Shown in pieces: positions 37,249-46,993 of a stretch of 64,000 nucleotides of DNA. The DNA is from Spirochaetota bacterium. GTDB taxonomy: Bacteria; Spirochaetota; UBA12135; COTS27; JAFLEE01. The first letter of the stretch is position 1, and each line of letters starts with the position of its first letter. Under the pieces are notes generated by a model. The model did no database searches. It saw only the letters and a list, made by a program, of their open reading frames with translations, and was not told where the DNA came from. The DNA is taken from positions 1-64,000 of the forward strand of contig JAFLEE010000006.1 of the NCBI GenBank assembly GCA_017302015.1, given 5' to 3'. Position numbers and translations under genes: made by a program.

Positions 37249-38961
37249 TCATTTTTGGTTTCCGATCCTCCGGATCTCCGTCGCAACGCGGGAGGGGCCG
37301 GATTCCTCCGGCGCGGCGATGGCCCGGTCCATGCGGATTTTGAATTGCGCCACCAGGGCATTGAGTTCCTCGGCCTGGGAGGAGAGTTCTTCCGTCGCCG
37401 CGGCGGCCTCCTCGACGAGGCTCGAGTTCATCTGGGTATTCTGGTCGAGGGAGAGGATCGTCTTGTTGATCTGCTCCACCCCGTCCCATTGCTCGCGGCT
37501 GGCGGAGGCGATCTCGGCGATGAGATCCTTTACCTTGGTGACGGCGGCGTTGATCTCGCCGAGGCTGCCCCCCGCGCGCTTGGCCAGATCGGATCCGGCC
37601 TCGACCCTGCGGATGCTGTCGCCGATGAGGGCGGCGATCTCGCGGCTGGCCTCGTCGCTCCGTTGGGCGAGCTTGCGCACCTCGACGGCCACCACGGCGA
37701 ATCCGCGGCCCTGCTCGCCGGCCCGGGCGGCCTCGATGCTCGCGTTGAGCGCCAGGAGGTTGGTCTGGAAGGCGATCTGGTTCATCACTTCGATGATCTG
37801 GCGCATCTTCTGGCTGGACTGGGTGATGCCTTCCATGGCTTCGACGACTTCGCCGACGATGCCGACGCCTTCGCCGGCCTTCCCCGCGGCCTCGAGGCTC
37901 AGCGCATTGGCCTCCTGGGCGCCCTGGGTATTGCCCTTGATGCTCGACGACATCTCCTCCATGCTGGCGGCGGTTTCCTCCACCGAGGCGGCCTGGGCTT
38001 CGGTGCGGCGGGAAAGGTCTTGGTTGCCCTGGGCGAGTTGGGAGGAGGCCGCCCCCACCTGGCCCGAGGCGTCGCGGATCATGGCGAAGGTGTTCCCGAG
38101 TTTTTCCGCGCCCTCAACCAGGGCGCGGGCCATGACGCCGAACTCATCGCGGGAGCGGGAGCGCACGGCGGCGGTGAGGTCGCCCCGGGCCAGGGCGCCG
38201 GCGAAATGCACCGCGTCGTTGACCGTGGCCTGGATGGGGCGGAAGATCCAGGCGACCGCGGCGAAGATGAGGGCGATGATGGCCAGGGTCGCCAGGATGA
38301 CGAGCACGGTGCTACGCCGCATTTGCCGATCGACGTCGTGCATGGGCGCGAGGATCTCGAAGGCGCCGTGGCGTTCCCCCACCTTCCAATTCTCCATGGG
38401 GCCGCCGGTGATGTCGCGGCCGTCGTCCCGTCCCCAGAGCGCGCGGCTGGTGGCGGGGTCCCCGTGGCAGGCCATGCATTCGGCGGTGAGCTTGATGGAC
38501 CGGAAAATGCGGATGGCGTTGCGCTCCCGGTCCATCCCCCAGACCTGGTCGAGGTTCTCCCGTTCCATGCGGTTGAGCATGGCGAGTTCGAACGCGTCGG
38601 GTTCGTTCTCCGGGTTGCGGGGGCTGGTCTTGGGAACGCGGAAAATGTAGTTGCCCTCGTTGGTCCGCGCGCGCAACGTGTTCATGGCGGTGAGCACGGG
38701 CACGGCCTGGAGGATGCGGTATTTACGCCGTTCGGGGTCGGGATCCTGGATGGTGCGGAGGTCGGTGAGGATGCCCAGTTTGTATTTTTCTCCCATCTGG
38801 ATGCGGCTCTCCTCCGCGAGCGCGAGCAGGGCTTGGCCCTTCTCGAGTTTTTGCCGTTCGGCCTCTTTCCGCAAGTTCGTAAGGAAGACCGCCGCGAGGG
38901 TCGCCGAAAGCGAGATGAGGGCCAACCCGAGGATGAGGAAGATCTTCGAACGGAATTTCAT
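37249..38961 (-). CDS. Methyl-accepting chemotaxis protein with periplasmic CxxCH (DUF3365-like) sensor domain, HAMP and MCP signalling domain
   Basis: 570 aa. The periplasmic domain carries TAECMACHGDP (CXXCH). A TM segment and HAMP follow, then a conserved MCP hairpin region (…QTNLLALNASIEAARAGEQGRGFAVVAVEVRKLAQRS…). Confidence 0.85.
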   Translation of the reverse strand: MKFRSKIFLILGLALISLSATLAAVFLTNLRKEAERQKLEKGQALLALAEESRIQMGEKYKLGILTDLRTIQDPDPERRKYRILQAVPVLTAMNTLRARTNEGNYIFRVPKTSPRNPENEPDAFELAMLNRMERENLDQVWGMDRERNAIRIFRSIKLTAECMACHGDPATSRALWGRDDGRDITGGPMENWKVGERHGAFEILAPMHDVDRQMRRSTVLVILATLAIIALIFAAVAWIFRPIQATVNDAVHFAGALARGDLTAAVRSRSRDEFGVMARALVEGAEKLGNTFAMIRDASGQVGAASSQLAQGNQDLSRRTEAQAASVEETAASMEEMSSSIKGNTQGAQEANALSLEAAGKAGEGVGIVGEVVEAMEGITQSSQKMRQIIEVMNQIAFQTNLLALNASIEAARAGEQGRGFAVVAVEVRKLAQRSDEASREIAALIGDSIRRVEAGSDLAKRAGGSLGEINAAVTKVKDLIAEIASASREQWDGVEQINKTILSLDQNTQMNSSLVEEAAAATEELSSQAEELNALVAQFKIRMDRAIAAPEESGPSRVATEIRRIGNQK

Positions 38962-39273
38962 GCGTGGTCTCCCGATCGCCGGTTTTTCGCACCGGCATTC
39001 ACGACAATAAAATGGGCGAAGGGGTGCATAAAGGAAAGGATCTTATCCCGTTCCGCGAAGAATGAGGCGCAAATCGGACCCGTGATGTGGGCGATGTCCA
39101 AGATGGACACGCGATGATGGAACGCAAATCTTTCCGCCCGTACGCCGACGTTCCCGGCACGCGCGAGCGTTTTCCGATTCGAGACCGCGCGATGAATCTC
39201 AGCGGGTCGCATGCGGACTTGCGGAAGAGATTGATTTTTCATCCGACCGATCGCAAGATTACGCTATCCACAC

Positions 39274-39831
39274 ATGAAAACCTCCCAGCTCCCCGTTCTG
39301 TTCGGCTTCGCCTTGATCCTGGCCCTGTCCTCCTGCCATCGCCGCCACGTCCCTGCCGGGCCCCTTGCTTCCCTACGCTTGGGAATCGCCGTGCTTAGTC
39401 CAACCGCCGGGCAGAAAGCCCATGGCACCGTGCAATTCGAGCAGACGGGAACCCAGGTGCACGTCACCGCCGACATCGAGGGCCTCGCGCCGGGGCAAAA
39501 GCACGCCATGCACATCCACCAATTTGGCGACCTCAGCGCCGCCGACGGGATGGCCACGGGCGGGCATTATAATCCGGCGAACCAGCCCCATGGCTTGCCC
39601 GATGCCGCCCAGCACCACGCCGGTGATCTGGGGAATCTCGAAGCCGATGCGAACGGCAAAGCCCACCTCGAACTCACCCTCGAGAACACCGCCATCGCCT
39701 CGGGAAAGAATCCGATCCTCGGCCGGGCCGTCATCATCCACGCCAAGAAGGATGACGGGAGCCAACCCGTGGGCAACGCCGGCGGCCGCATCGCCCAAGG
39801 CGTCATCGGCGTGGCGAAACAGGGGAAATAG
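39274..39831 (+). CDS. sodC: Cu/Zn superoxide dismutase, lipoprotein
   Basis: Lipobox LALSSC. Cu/Zn ligand motifs HAMHIHQFGD, GGHYNP, HHAGDLGN and GRAVIIHAKKDD. Confidence 0.9.
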   Translation: MKTSQLPVLFGFALILALSSCHRRHVPAGPLASLRLGIAVLSPTAGQKAHGTVQFEQTGTQVHVTADIEGLAPGQKHAMHIHQFGDLSAADGMATGGHYNPANQPHGLPDAAQHHAGDLGNLEADANGKAHLELTLENTAIASGKNPILGRAVIIHAKKDDGSQPVGNAGGRIAQGVIGVAKQGK

Positions 39832-40049
39832 CCCGCGACCACCCAGGGAGGCGCACCGGCGGCTCCGTCCAGCCCCGGGGGGGCCCGCGCGGTGCGGTCT
39901 CATCGCCGCGCGATTCGGGCGAGTACGTCACCGAGCCGAATGGAGCGCGAATACTCGAATGAATGGCGCCTTTTACGGTCGCCCCGATCCCTTCCCGCTT
40001 CCGGAGGCGATTTGCCGTTCTGTCCCGTAGAGCGTACATTACTCCGCGG

Positions 40050-40739
40050 ATGAAAACCTTGACGCGCCCCTTCCTCGCAACCTTCGCGCTCCTTTGCGGC
40101 GTATTCGCCCAGTCGGTGAGGGATCCCGGCATCCCCCATGGCGAGTTCGCCGAATACCGGGTCGTCACCGGGAATAAGACCAATCGATCCACCCAGAGGG
40201 TGCACCGGCAGCGGGAAGGCGGCCTCGACGCCTACGTCATCGACAACTTTTCCGAAGAGATGGACCTCCATGTGGTGGCCGCCCGGTCCAACCTCTTCGC
40301 CTACCAATCGCGGACCATCCAAAAGGGGCGCGACGCACGGGTGATCCGGGAGACCCGCTTCGAGGACGTCCGGATCGCCCCCCGACCCGGCACCATCGAC
40401 CTCCTCGACTTCACGGGCATCGACCTGCTCTTCCGGGGCCTCCTTTTCGAGGGAAAGAAATCGGCCGCCCTGCGCTTCGTGGGCGCGGGCAGCGATAGCC
40501 CCTTCAAGATCGAGATCCAGGACGCCGGCCCCGAGACGCTGCGCATCAATGATCGGGATTATGCGTGCAATAAGGTGCAATTGACCCTCGCCGGCATCTG
40601 GTCGGCGTTCATCCCCAAGAGCACCTTCTGGTACGAGGCGAAGGCGCCCCACGTGCTGGTGAAATACGACGGCCAGCAGGGGCCGCCGGGCTCACCGCGG
40701 CGGGTGATGGAACTCGTGAAATACGGCGTGCAACCCTAG
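40050..40739 (+). CDS. Hypothetical secreted protein
   Basis: Signal peptide MKTLTRPFLATFALLCGVFAQS. 229 aa, beta-rich, no recognisable domain. Confidence 0.4.
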   Translation: MKTLTRPFLATFALLCGVFAQSVRDPGIPHGEFAEYRVVTGNKTNRSTQRVHRQREGGLDAYVIDNFSEEMDLHVVAARSNLFAYQSRTIQKGRDARVIRETRFEDVRIAPRPGTIDLLDFTGIDLLFRGLLFEGKKSAALRFVGAGSDSPFKIEIQDAGPETLRINDRDYACNKVQLTLAGIWSAFIPKSTFWYEAKAPHVLVKYDGQQGPPGSPRRVMELVKYGVQP

Positions 40740-40979
40740 GGAAGCGCGAGCGGAGCCGCCTTGCCGGCGAGGATGAAGGTGCGCTAGTACCTGAAGCATC
40801 CCCATGGCGCCCACGGAACGGGCGCGGCAAGGGCGTCAATGATCCGGCGGCGCCGCGGCGGCCAATTCCGGGAGAGGACTGCGGGCGGAAGCCTTGGGGG
40901 GTGTCCGAATCGCGCGGCTTCGATCCGATCGAGTTTTCATGGCAGCATCCGTGTTCCCATTCCCCGATAGGAGCCTTCG

Positions 40980-41990
40980 ATGATCCATGCCCTCCGCGCG
41001 GGCGCCTTCGTCCTCGCCATCGGTTTTTCCTTCCTCTCCGGCGCGGCGGCCTTTCCGAGGGGGATCTTCGTCAGCGGGCCGCCGGCCTCCGCGCGATCGA
41101 CCTCGGTGCTCCCTTCATTGGCGGGGAAGGACTTCGTCGCGGGTTATCTTGTCCGGATCGATTGGGCTTCCCTGGAGCCCGAAGAGGGGCGTTGCGACAT
41201 GGCGCTCCTCGACCGGGAACTGGCGGCGGCCCGGGCGGTCGGGAAACAAGTCGCCTTGGCCGTGGTCAATGGCGCCCATGTGCCGCCCTGGCTTTGGGAT
41301 CGGGGGGCCGCCTCGGTGCAGGTTCCGGTCCGGGGACGCGGCGTGCAGCGTATCGCTCTTCCGTGGGATGAGGTCTATCTGGCCGCGTGGTGCCGTTTCG
41401 TGGGGCAACTCGGCAAGCATGCCGCGAGCCATCCATCCTTGGTCCTCGTCCATATCACCCATGCGACCCTCAACGGGTTTGAGATGCAGCTCGCCTTCTC
41501 CCCGACTGAGGAGGCTGCATGGCGGGAGGCCGGCTATACCGCCGCGAAGCACCTCGCCTCCTGGCAGCGGGTGGTGGCGACGTTCGGCGCCGCTTTCCCG
41601 ACCCTTCCCCTGGACGTGGAAGTGCACCCGGTTCTCGGCGATGATGCGATCGCCCGGGGCGTGGTCGCCTTCGGGCGGCGGGAGCTCGGCGAGCGCTTCG
41701 GAGTCTTCGGCGCCTGGTGGAGCCCGCGCAACGCGGAAGTCTACGCGGGCATGTTCGCCCTCTTGCAGGAAGCCGCCGCCGCGCGGCGAGGGACCGCGCA
41801 ACTCGTCGCGAGCGAAACACCCAACCGGTGGAATCCCCGCGGGGGACTCGGCGAGGGCGGCTTGGGGAAAGCCCTCGATTTCGGGCTGGAAAAGGGGCTG
41901 CGCTATTTTGAAGTTTGGGAGACGGACCTGCTCAACGCGGGCTTAGAAGCGAAAATGACGGAAGTCGCGAAGCGTTGTGGGGAGCCTTAG
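40980..41990 (+). CDS. Hypothetical secreted protein (possible TIM-barrel glycosidase-like)
   Basis: 336 aa with N-terminal signal MIHALRAGAFVLAIGFSFLSGAAA. Weak resemblance to glycoside-hydrolase-like TIM barrels. No catalytic motif confirmed. Confidence 0.3.
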   Translation: MIHALRAGAFVLAIGFSFLSGAAAFPRGIFVSGPPASARSTSVLPSLAGKDFVAGYLVRIDWASLEPEEGRCDMALLDRELAAARAVGKQVALAVVNGAHVPPWLWDRGAASVQVPVRGRGVQRIALPWDEVYLAAWCRFVGQLGKHAASHPSLVLVHITHATLNGFEMQLAFSPTEEAAWREAGYTAAKHLASWQRVVATFGAAFPTLPLDVEVHPVLGDDAIARGVVAFGRRELGERFGVFGAWWSPRNAEVYAGMFALLQEAAAARRGTAQLVASETPNRWNPRGGLGEGGLGKALDFGLEKGLRYFEVWETDLLNAGLEAKMTEVAKRCGEP

Positions 41991-42108
41991 AGGGCATCGA
42001 CTTCGATCTTCCGTCGTCGCCCAGGCCCGCTCCGAAGAGCCTTGGCTTTGTTCCATATGAAAATGGGGGGATGATCCGCCTTGTCACGACGTTTCCCCCG
42101 TGGGTCCA

Positions 42109-43206
42109 ATGAAGATCCTCGCCGCTTCCGATTTCCATCTGGGGATGAAGTTCCGCCATTATCCCGAGGTTTCCGATCGCCTCATCGCCGCCCGGTTCAC
42201 GGCCCTGGAGAAACTCGTGGAGGCGGGGAATCGGGAGGGCTGCGACCTCTTCATCCTCGCCGGCGATCTTTTCGACACGACCAGCGTGCCCAAGGCCACG
42301 GTGCTGAAGGCGCGCGCCATCCTCGACCGCTTCGCCGGAAAATTGGTGGCGGTGCTCCCTGGCAACCACGATTTTTACGTCCCCCAGGGGAAGGACCTTT
42401 GGGAGACTTTCATCGGCGAGGGCCGGGGCAATGTGCTGGTGCTCACGGAAGGCGCTCCGGTGCCCTTGGCCGCCGACTGGCAACTCGATGCCTGCCTCTA
42501 TCCCGCCCCGTGCTTCGCCAAGCATTCCCAGGCGAACGGGCTCGCCTGGATGGCGGCGGCGCCCCGGCCCGCGTGCGCGATCCACATCGGCGTGGCCCAC
42601 GGGAGCGTGGAGGGGATCTCGCCCGATATGGATGGGCGCTATTACCCCATGACGCGCGGCGAGATCGACCGCCTCGGTATGGATGCGATGTTCATCGGGC
42701 ATACCCACGCGCAACGGGTGGAGGGGACCCTCTTCATTCCCGGCACCCCCGAACCCGATGGCTTCGATTGCGCCCACGACGGGGCGGGGCTCCTCGTCGA
42801 ACTACAGCGGGGGAAGGCGCCCAGGGCGACCCCGGTGCCCAGCGGCACCTATACCTGGCGCCACGAAACGCATCTCCTTTCCGAGGCATCGGCGGTGGAC
42901 CGCCTTCAGGAAAAACTATCCCAGCCGGCCTACCACACGCGCCTATTGAAATTGCGCCTCGAGGGGCGCCTCGCCGCCGACGCGTTCCAAAAAACGCGCG
43001 AATGGGGGGCCGTGCTCCGCGAAAAGTGCTTCCACCTGGCTTCGTTCGAGAACCAGATCGGGCTGCTCATCGGAAAGGCCGACATCGATGCCCGGTACGC
43101 GCCCGGATCCTTCGCCCATGAACTCTTGACGGAACTCGCCCGGGCTCCCGAAGATGTCCCGGCGCTGCAGAAGGCATGGGATCACTTGGGCGGGGGGCGT
43201 CCGTGA
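42109..43206 (+). CDS. SbcD/Mre11-family metallophosphoesterase (YhaO-like nuclease subunit)
   Basis: MKILAASDFHLG, GDLFD and GNHD calcineurin-like phosphoesterase motifs. Confidence 0.75.
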   Translation: MKILAASDFHLGMKFRHYPEVSDRLIAARFTALEKLVEAGNREGCDLFILAGDLFDTTSVPKATVLKARAILDRFAGKLVAVLPGNHDFYVPQGKDLWETFIGEGRGNVLVLTEGAPVPLAADWQLDACLYPAPCFAKHSQANGLAWMAAAPRPACAIHIGVAHGSVEGISPDMDGRYYPMTRGEIDRLGMDAMFIGHTHAQRVEGTLFIPGTPEPDGFDCAHDGAGLLVELQRGKAPRATPVPSGTYTWRHETHLLSEASAVDRLQEKLSQPAYHTRLLKLRLEGRLAADAFQKTREWGAVLREKCFHLASFENQIGLLIGKADIDARYAPGSFAHELLTELARAPEDVPALQKAWDHLGGGRP

Positions 43207-45629
43207 GATTGGAGCGCATCCGCCTCGAGCCCTTCGGCGCCTTCGGGAACCGGGAACTCGCGTTTTCCCCCGGGCTCCAGGTCGTGCTGGGCCCCAACGA
43301 GGCGGGTAAATCGACCTTTTGGAACGCGCTCTACGAAGTCTTATTCCGTCCCGTCCTCATCGACAAACGGAAAACGGCGGACCGCGAGGCGGTGGCGCGC
43401 TTCCTTCCCATCGGGAGCGGAAACCATTCCCGCGTCTCCCTCGCCTTTTCGATCGGCGGGGATTCCTGGGTCCTGGAAAAGCAATGGCAAACGGGGGCAA
43501 AAGCCGCGCTGACCCAAGCCGGGGGCGCGGCCCTGATCGGGGACGAAGAGGTGCGGGAGAAACTCCAGGCCCTCTTCCCCGTGACGCCGGCGGTGCTCCA
43601 AACGGTGCTCCTCTCCAGGCAGGGTCAACTCTCCCGCACGCTCGAGGAGGTCAAGGCCGGACCGGCGCTCGGAACGCTCTCCGACCTGCTGCGGGCATCC
43701 CTCCAGGATCCCGGCGGCGTTTCGGTGGACGCCTTCATGAAGGAGCTCGAGGCGGAGCATGAAAACGCCCTCCTGAATTGGGACTTGGCCGCAAGCGGCC
43801 CCAAAGACGGGAAACTTCTCTCGAATCGCCGCAAGGTGAACTTGGGCGCGGTGCTCAAGGCCTATTACGCGGAGCAGGAAGCGTCCCTCGCCGTGGCGGA
43901 AGCGGAAGCCTTCGAGAGCCGGCTCGATCTACTCAACGGCGAGAGGCGCACCGCCCAGGAGGCCTTCGACCGCAACCAGCGTTTTTTGGACGAGAACGGG
44001 CCCCTGGAAAAAGGCGCGCGTTCCCGCAGAGAATTGGAAGTGGAATGTTTGGATGGACGGCGGGTCCTCGAGGAACTCACCGCCGTCTGCGACGATTGGC
44101 CCGTCCGCAAGAGCGAAATCCAACGATTGGAGGCGGCCTTGCCCGCGCTCCACGCTCAGGTCTCCCGTCTGGCGGAGGAACTCGACCGGGCGAAACGGGG
44201 GGAGGAAACCCGGCCACTTCGCGAGCTCCTGAAGCGCGCCCGTCCCGAATGGGTCCACTTGGGGGAACTTCGGGAATCCTCGCGCCGTATGAAGGCCGTT
44301 TCGAAGGCGGAGGTGGAGGCCCTGCGCCGAACGGAAGACCAGGCGAAGCGCGGCCGTCTCGCGGTGGAAGCCGGGCAGATGCAGATCGCCTTCCTCGCCC
44401 GCACAGCCCAAAAACTCGGGGTGATCCGGGACGGGTCCGCGGAAGAAGCGCGCGAGGTCGCGGCGGGATCCGCGTTGAAGACGGCCGCGGTGGCGAGCCT
44501 GCGCCTCGAACATCCCGACTGGTCCCTCTCCATCGGTTCCGGATCCGCCGATGCCAAGGCGCTCCTCGACCGGCTGAGCGATGCGGAAGCCGCCCTGGGC
44601 GCGGCCCTGGCGAAGCTCGGCGTGGCGAGTTTGGAGGAGGCGGCGTCCCTGGAGGCCGCCTCCCACGCGGCCCAGATCGCATTCGAGAAGCAGCAGGGCA
44701 AACTCGAGGCGCTGCTGGCGGGCAAGGACTTCGAAGAACTCGAGGCGAAACTCGCGCTGGCTCCCCCCGAGGAAAGCTTCCGCCCGGTCGCGGATCTCGC
44801 CGTGGAGAAAAGCAGGGCGGAATCCGCCGTCGCCCAGGCCGAGACGGCCAAAAAGGAGGCGGAGGAGAAGATCGCGGCCTACCAGTCGAAGTACGGCGAA
44901 CGGACGGGGCTCTACCACCGCGTCGGGGAGGCGACCAAGAAGGTGGCCGATCTCCAGGCGGAACTCGATGCCCTTCCCTCCCTCCCGGAAGGGATCAAAG
45001 ACCCAAAGGCTTTCCTCGACGAAATGGACCGCGCCCGGGAACGATCCCGGGGCCTGCAGGCCGAGGTGTCACGCTTGGAAATTGAGCGCGCGGCCCACAT
45101 CGGGTCCATCGAGCGCAGCTCGGCGGATGAACTGCGGGCCGAACATCGCGAGGCCGCGGAGGCCTTCCGATCATGCCTGACGGAGGCCCGCGTGCTCGAT
45201 CGCATCCTCGCCGCGGCCCGGGCCGTGAAGGAGCGGGGGGCCTCCCGCCCCCTCGACGGGCTCCAGGCGACGTTCCAGGAATACCTCGCGACGATGACCC
45301 GGGGAAATTACAGCGCCACGGCGGTCGAGGAAGGCCTCCCCACGGGAGTGCGCCGCGGCGACGGCGAAGTCCTCCCCTACGAACTCCTCTCCGCGGGCAC
45401 CCAGGATCAATTCGCCCTAGGCCTGCGCCTCGCCATGGCCCATTATTTTTTGGAGGGCAAAGAGGCCTTCCTGGTGATGGACGATCCCCTCGTCGACATG
45501 GATCCCGAGCGCCAGAAGGGCGCGGCCGCGGCGCTTCGGGCCTTCGCCGAGCGCCAGCAACTCATCGTCTTTACCTGCCATCCTTCCCACGCGGATCTCT
45601 TCGGCGGGCGAAGGATCGAACTCGCCTGA
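43203..45629 (+). CDS. SbcC/Rad50-like AAA ATPase with long coiled coil (YhaN-like)
   Basis: GTG start overlapping the upstream TGA. The N-terminus reads VRLERIRLEPFGAFGNRELAFSPGLQVVLGPNEAGKST (Walker A). A ~500-aa coiled coil follows. The C-terminus reads LSAGTQDQFALGLRLA...AFLVMDDPLVDMD (signature/Walker B/D-loop). Confidence 0.7.
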   Translation: MRLERIRLEPFGAFGNRELAFSPGLQVVLGPNEAGKSTFWNALYEVLFRPVLIDKRKTADREAVARFLPIGSGNHSRVSLAFSIGGDSWVLEKQWQTGAKAALTQAGGAALIGDEEVREKLQALFPVTPAVLQTVLLSRQGQLSRTLEEVKAGPALGTLSDLLRASLQDPGGVSVDAFMKELEAEHENALLNWDLAASGPKDGKLLSNRRKVNLGAVLKAYYAEQEASLAVAEAEAFESRLDLLNGERRTAQEAFDRNQRFLDENGPLEKGARSRRELEVECLDGRRVLEELTAVCDDWPVRKSEIQRLEAALPALHAQVSRLAEELDRAKRGEETRPLRELLKRARPEWVHLGELRESSRRMKAVSKAEVEALRRTEDQAKRGRLAVEAGQMQIAFLARTAQKLGVIRDGSAEEAREVAAGSALKTAAVASLRLEHPDWSLSIGSGSADAKALLDRLSDAEAALGAALAKLGVASLEEAASLEAASHAAQIAFEKQQGKLEALLAGKDFEELEAKLALAPPEESFRPVADLAVEKSRAESAVAQAETAKKEAEEKIAAYQSKYGERTGLYHRVGEATKKVADLQAELDALPSLPEGIKDPKAFLDEMDRARERSRGLQAEVSRLEIERAAHIGSIERSSADELRAEHREAAEAFRSCLTEARVLDRILAAARAVKERGASRPLDGLQATFQEYLATMTRGNYSATAVEEGLPTGVRRGDGEVLPYELLSAGTQDQFALGLRLAMAHYFLEGKEAFLVMDDPLVDMDPERQKGAAAALRAFAERQQLIVFTCHPSHADLFGGRRIELA

Positions 45630-45693
45630 GGAGGGGCGCCGTCGCCCATCGCCGCCGTCGATTCGGGCGCGGCGGCCGGCCAGGACGTTCGAC

Positions 45694-46785
45694 TCAGCGC
45701 TCGATATTCCCCAATTGGCGCTTCTCCAATTCCCCTTTTTCCGCGGGGGAGAGGGAGCCGCCCGCATAGGACGCGGCGAGCAGCAGGCTCACCTTCGGCA
45801 GGGTCAGGGCCTCGTCGAAATACAGCCCGAAGCGGTTCTCGGGGGGGCCCTTGTGGGGCTCGTCCCAGATCTCGTAGAAGAGGACGGCTTCGAGGTTCGC
45901 GCGGGTCTGGCCGAGGAGTTCCTTCAGATGCTTGTCCAGGGAGCGGAAGCCGGCCTCGGTCACCGGATCGTCGGCGGCGTTGGCGTAATCGGGGAGGGTC
46001 GGGCGGGAGGGCCGCCCGGAATAGATCTCGCCGGCGTTGAACTCGTTGAGCCGGATGGGCCGGTCGAAACGGGCGAGCTGCCCGAGGGGCCCCCCGGGCC
46101 CGAACCAGGGATCGGCGTCGAGGGGCTTATGGTTCTCCCATGGATAAATATGGTAGCCCACCACGTCGAAGACGACCCCCTGCTCCAGGAAAAAATCGAG
46201 GAGAGCGAAACTCCGGTCGGTGGTGCCGAGAATGATGCGAAGCGGCGTGGCGGCTTCTTTGCCGACGTCGCGGACGGCCTTGGACATGCCGCGCAGCACC
46301 GCCGCCTGGAGGCGGCCGCAGGGGGTGTCGAAGTCGGCGGCCCGCTCCCCGGTGGAACCCGCGGCCTTGATGCCCCTATAGAGGGAGATCTCGTTCTGCA
46401 GTTCGAAATCGCGGAGGAGGTCGCGGCTCCTCTCGATCTGGGGGCGGGTGCCCTCGTAGGCCGTGCGCTCCACCTCGACGAGGTCCGCCTCGAGGTCCTG
46501 GTGGCGCGCCTGGCCGGCGGAGAATTTGGAGTAGATCACCGCTTCGATCTTGATCCCCTTCTTCACGAGGAATTCCCCCGCAACGCGGAAGCGGGCCAGA
46601 TATTTCGGATCGTTGCCCCAAAGGTCCATGCGCACGCAGGTCAGCTTCCGCTCGGCGAGTTTGGCGGCCAGGGTCTCGGGATCTTTGCCCCCGCTGTGGA
46701 TATTCACGCCCCATTCGAGGGGCCCGGCGGCGAGGGGAAGGCAGAGAAGGATCGGTAGGAGGATGCGTGGGCGGTTTAAGTTCAT
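45694..46785 (-). CDS. Secreted glycoside-hydrolase-like TIM-barrel protein
   Basis: 363 aa from ATG 46785 (MNLNRPRILLPILLCLPLAAG). Contains an ...IRLNEFNAGE... block, a possible NE-type catalytic pair. The family is not resolved. Confidence 0.4.
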   Translation of the reverse strand: MNLNRPRILLPILLCLPLAAGPLEWGVNIHSGGKDPETLAAKLAERKLTCVRMDLWGNDPKYLARFRVAGEFLVKKGIKIEAVIYSKFSAGQARHQDLEADLVEVERTAYEGTRPQIERSRDLLRDFELQNEISLYRGIKAAGSTGERAADFDTPCGRLQAAVLRGMSKAVRDVGKEAATPLRIILGTTDRSFALLDFFLEQGVVFDVVGYHIYPWENHKPLDADPWFGPGGPLGQLARFDRPIRLNEFNAGEIYSGRPSRPTLPDYANAADDPVTEAGFRSLDKHLKELLGQTRANLEAVLFYEIWDEPHKGPPENRFGLYFDEALTLPKVSLLLAASYAGGSLSPAEKGELEKRQLGNIER

Positions 46786-46993
46786 CGGGGAGCCTCGGGA
46801 TCTTGTGCCAAGCGGCGCGGAAGCGGTCGGTCTTCCCGCCGCGGGGCCACTATAACCCGCGGCCGTGTGATTTTCAACGTGCTGTCGGCCGTCGATGGAT
46901 CGGTGATAGGGCACGCGCTTCGCGGCCGGTACCGGCGCGGCGCGCGTTCCCAGCGCCACCGAGCCGTCCCCAAGCGGCGCGGGCCGACTCCGG

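Noticed and set aside
37213-39117. 634-aa plus-strand ORF opposite the MCP gene
   Set aside because: The minus strand encodes a canonical MCP signalling hairpin. The plus frame is Gly/Ala/Arg low complexity.
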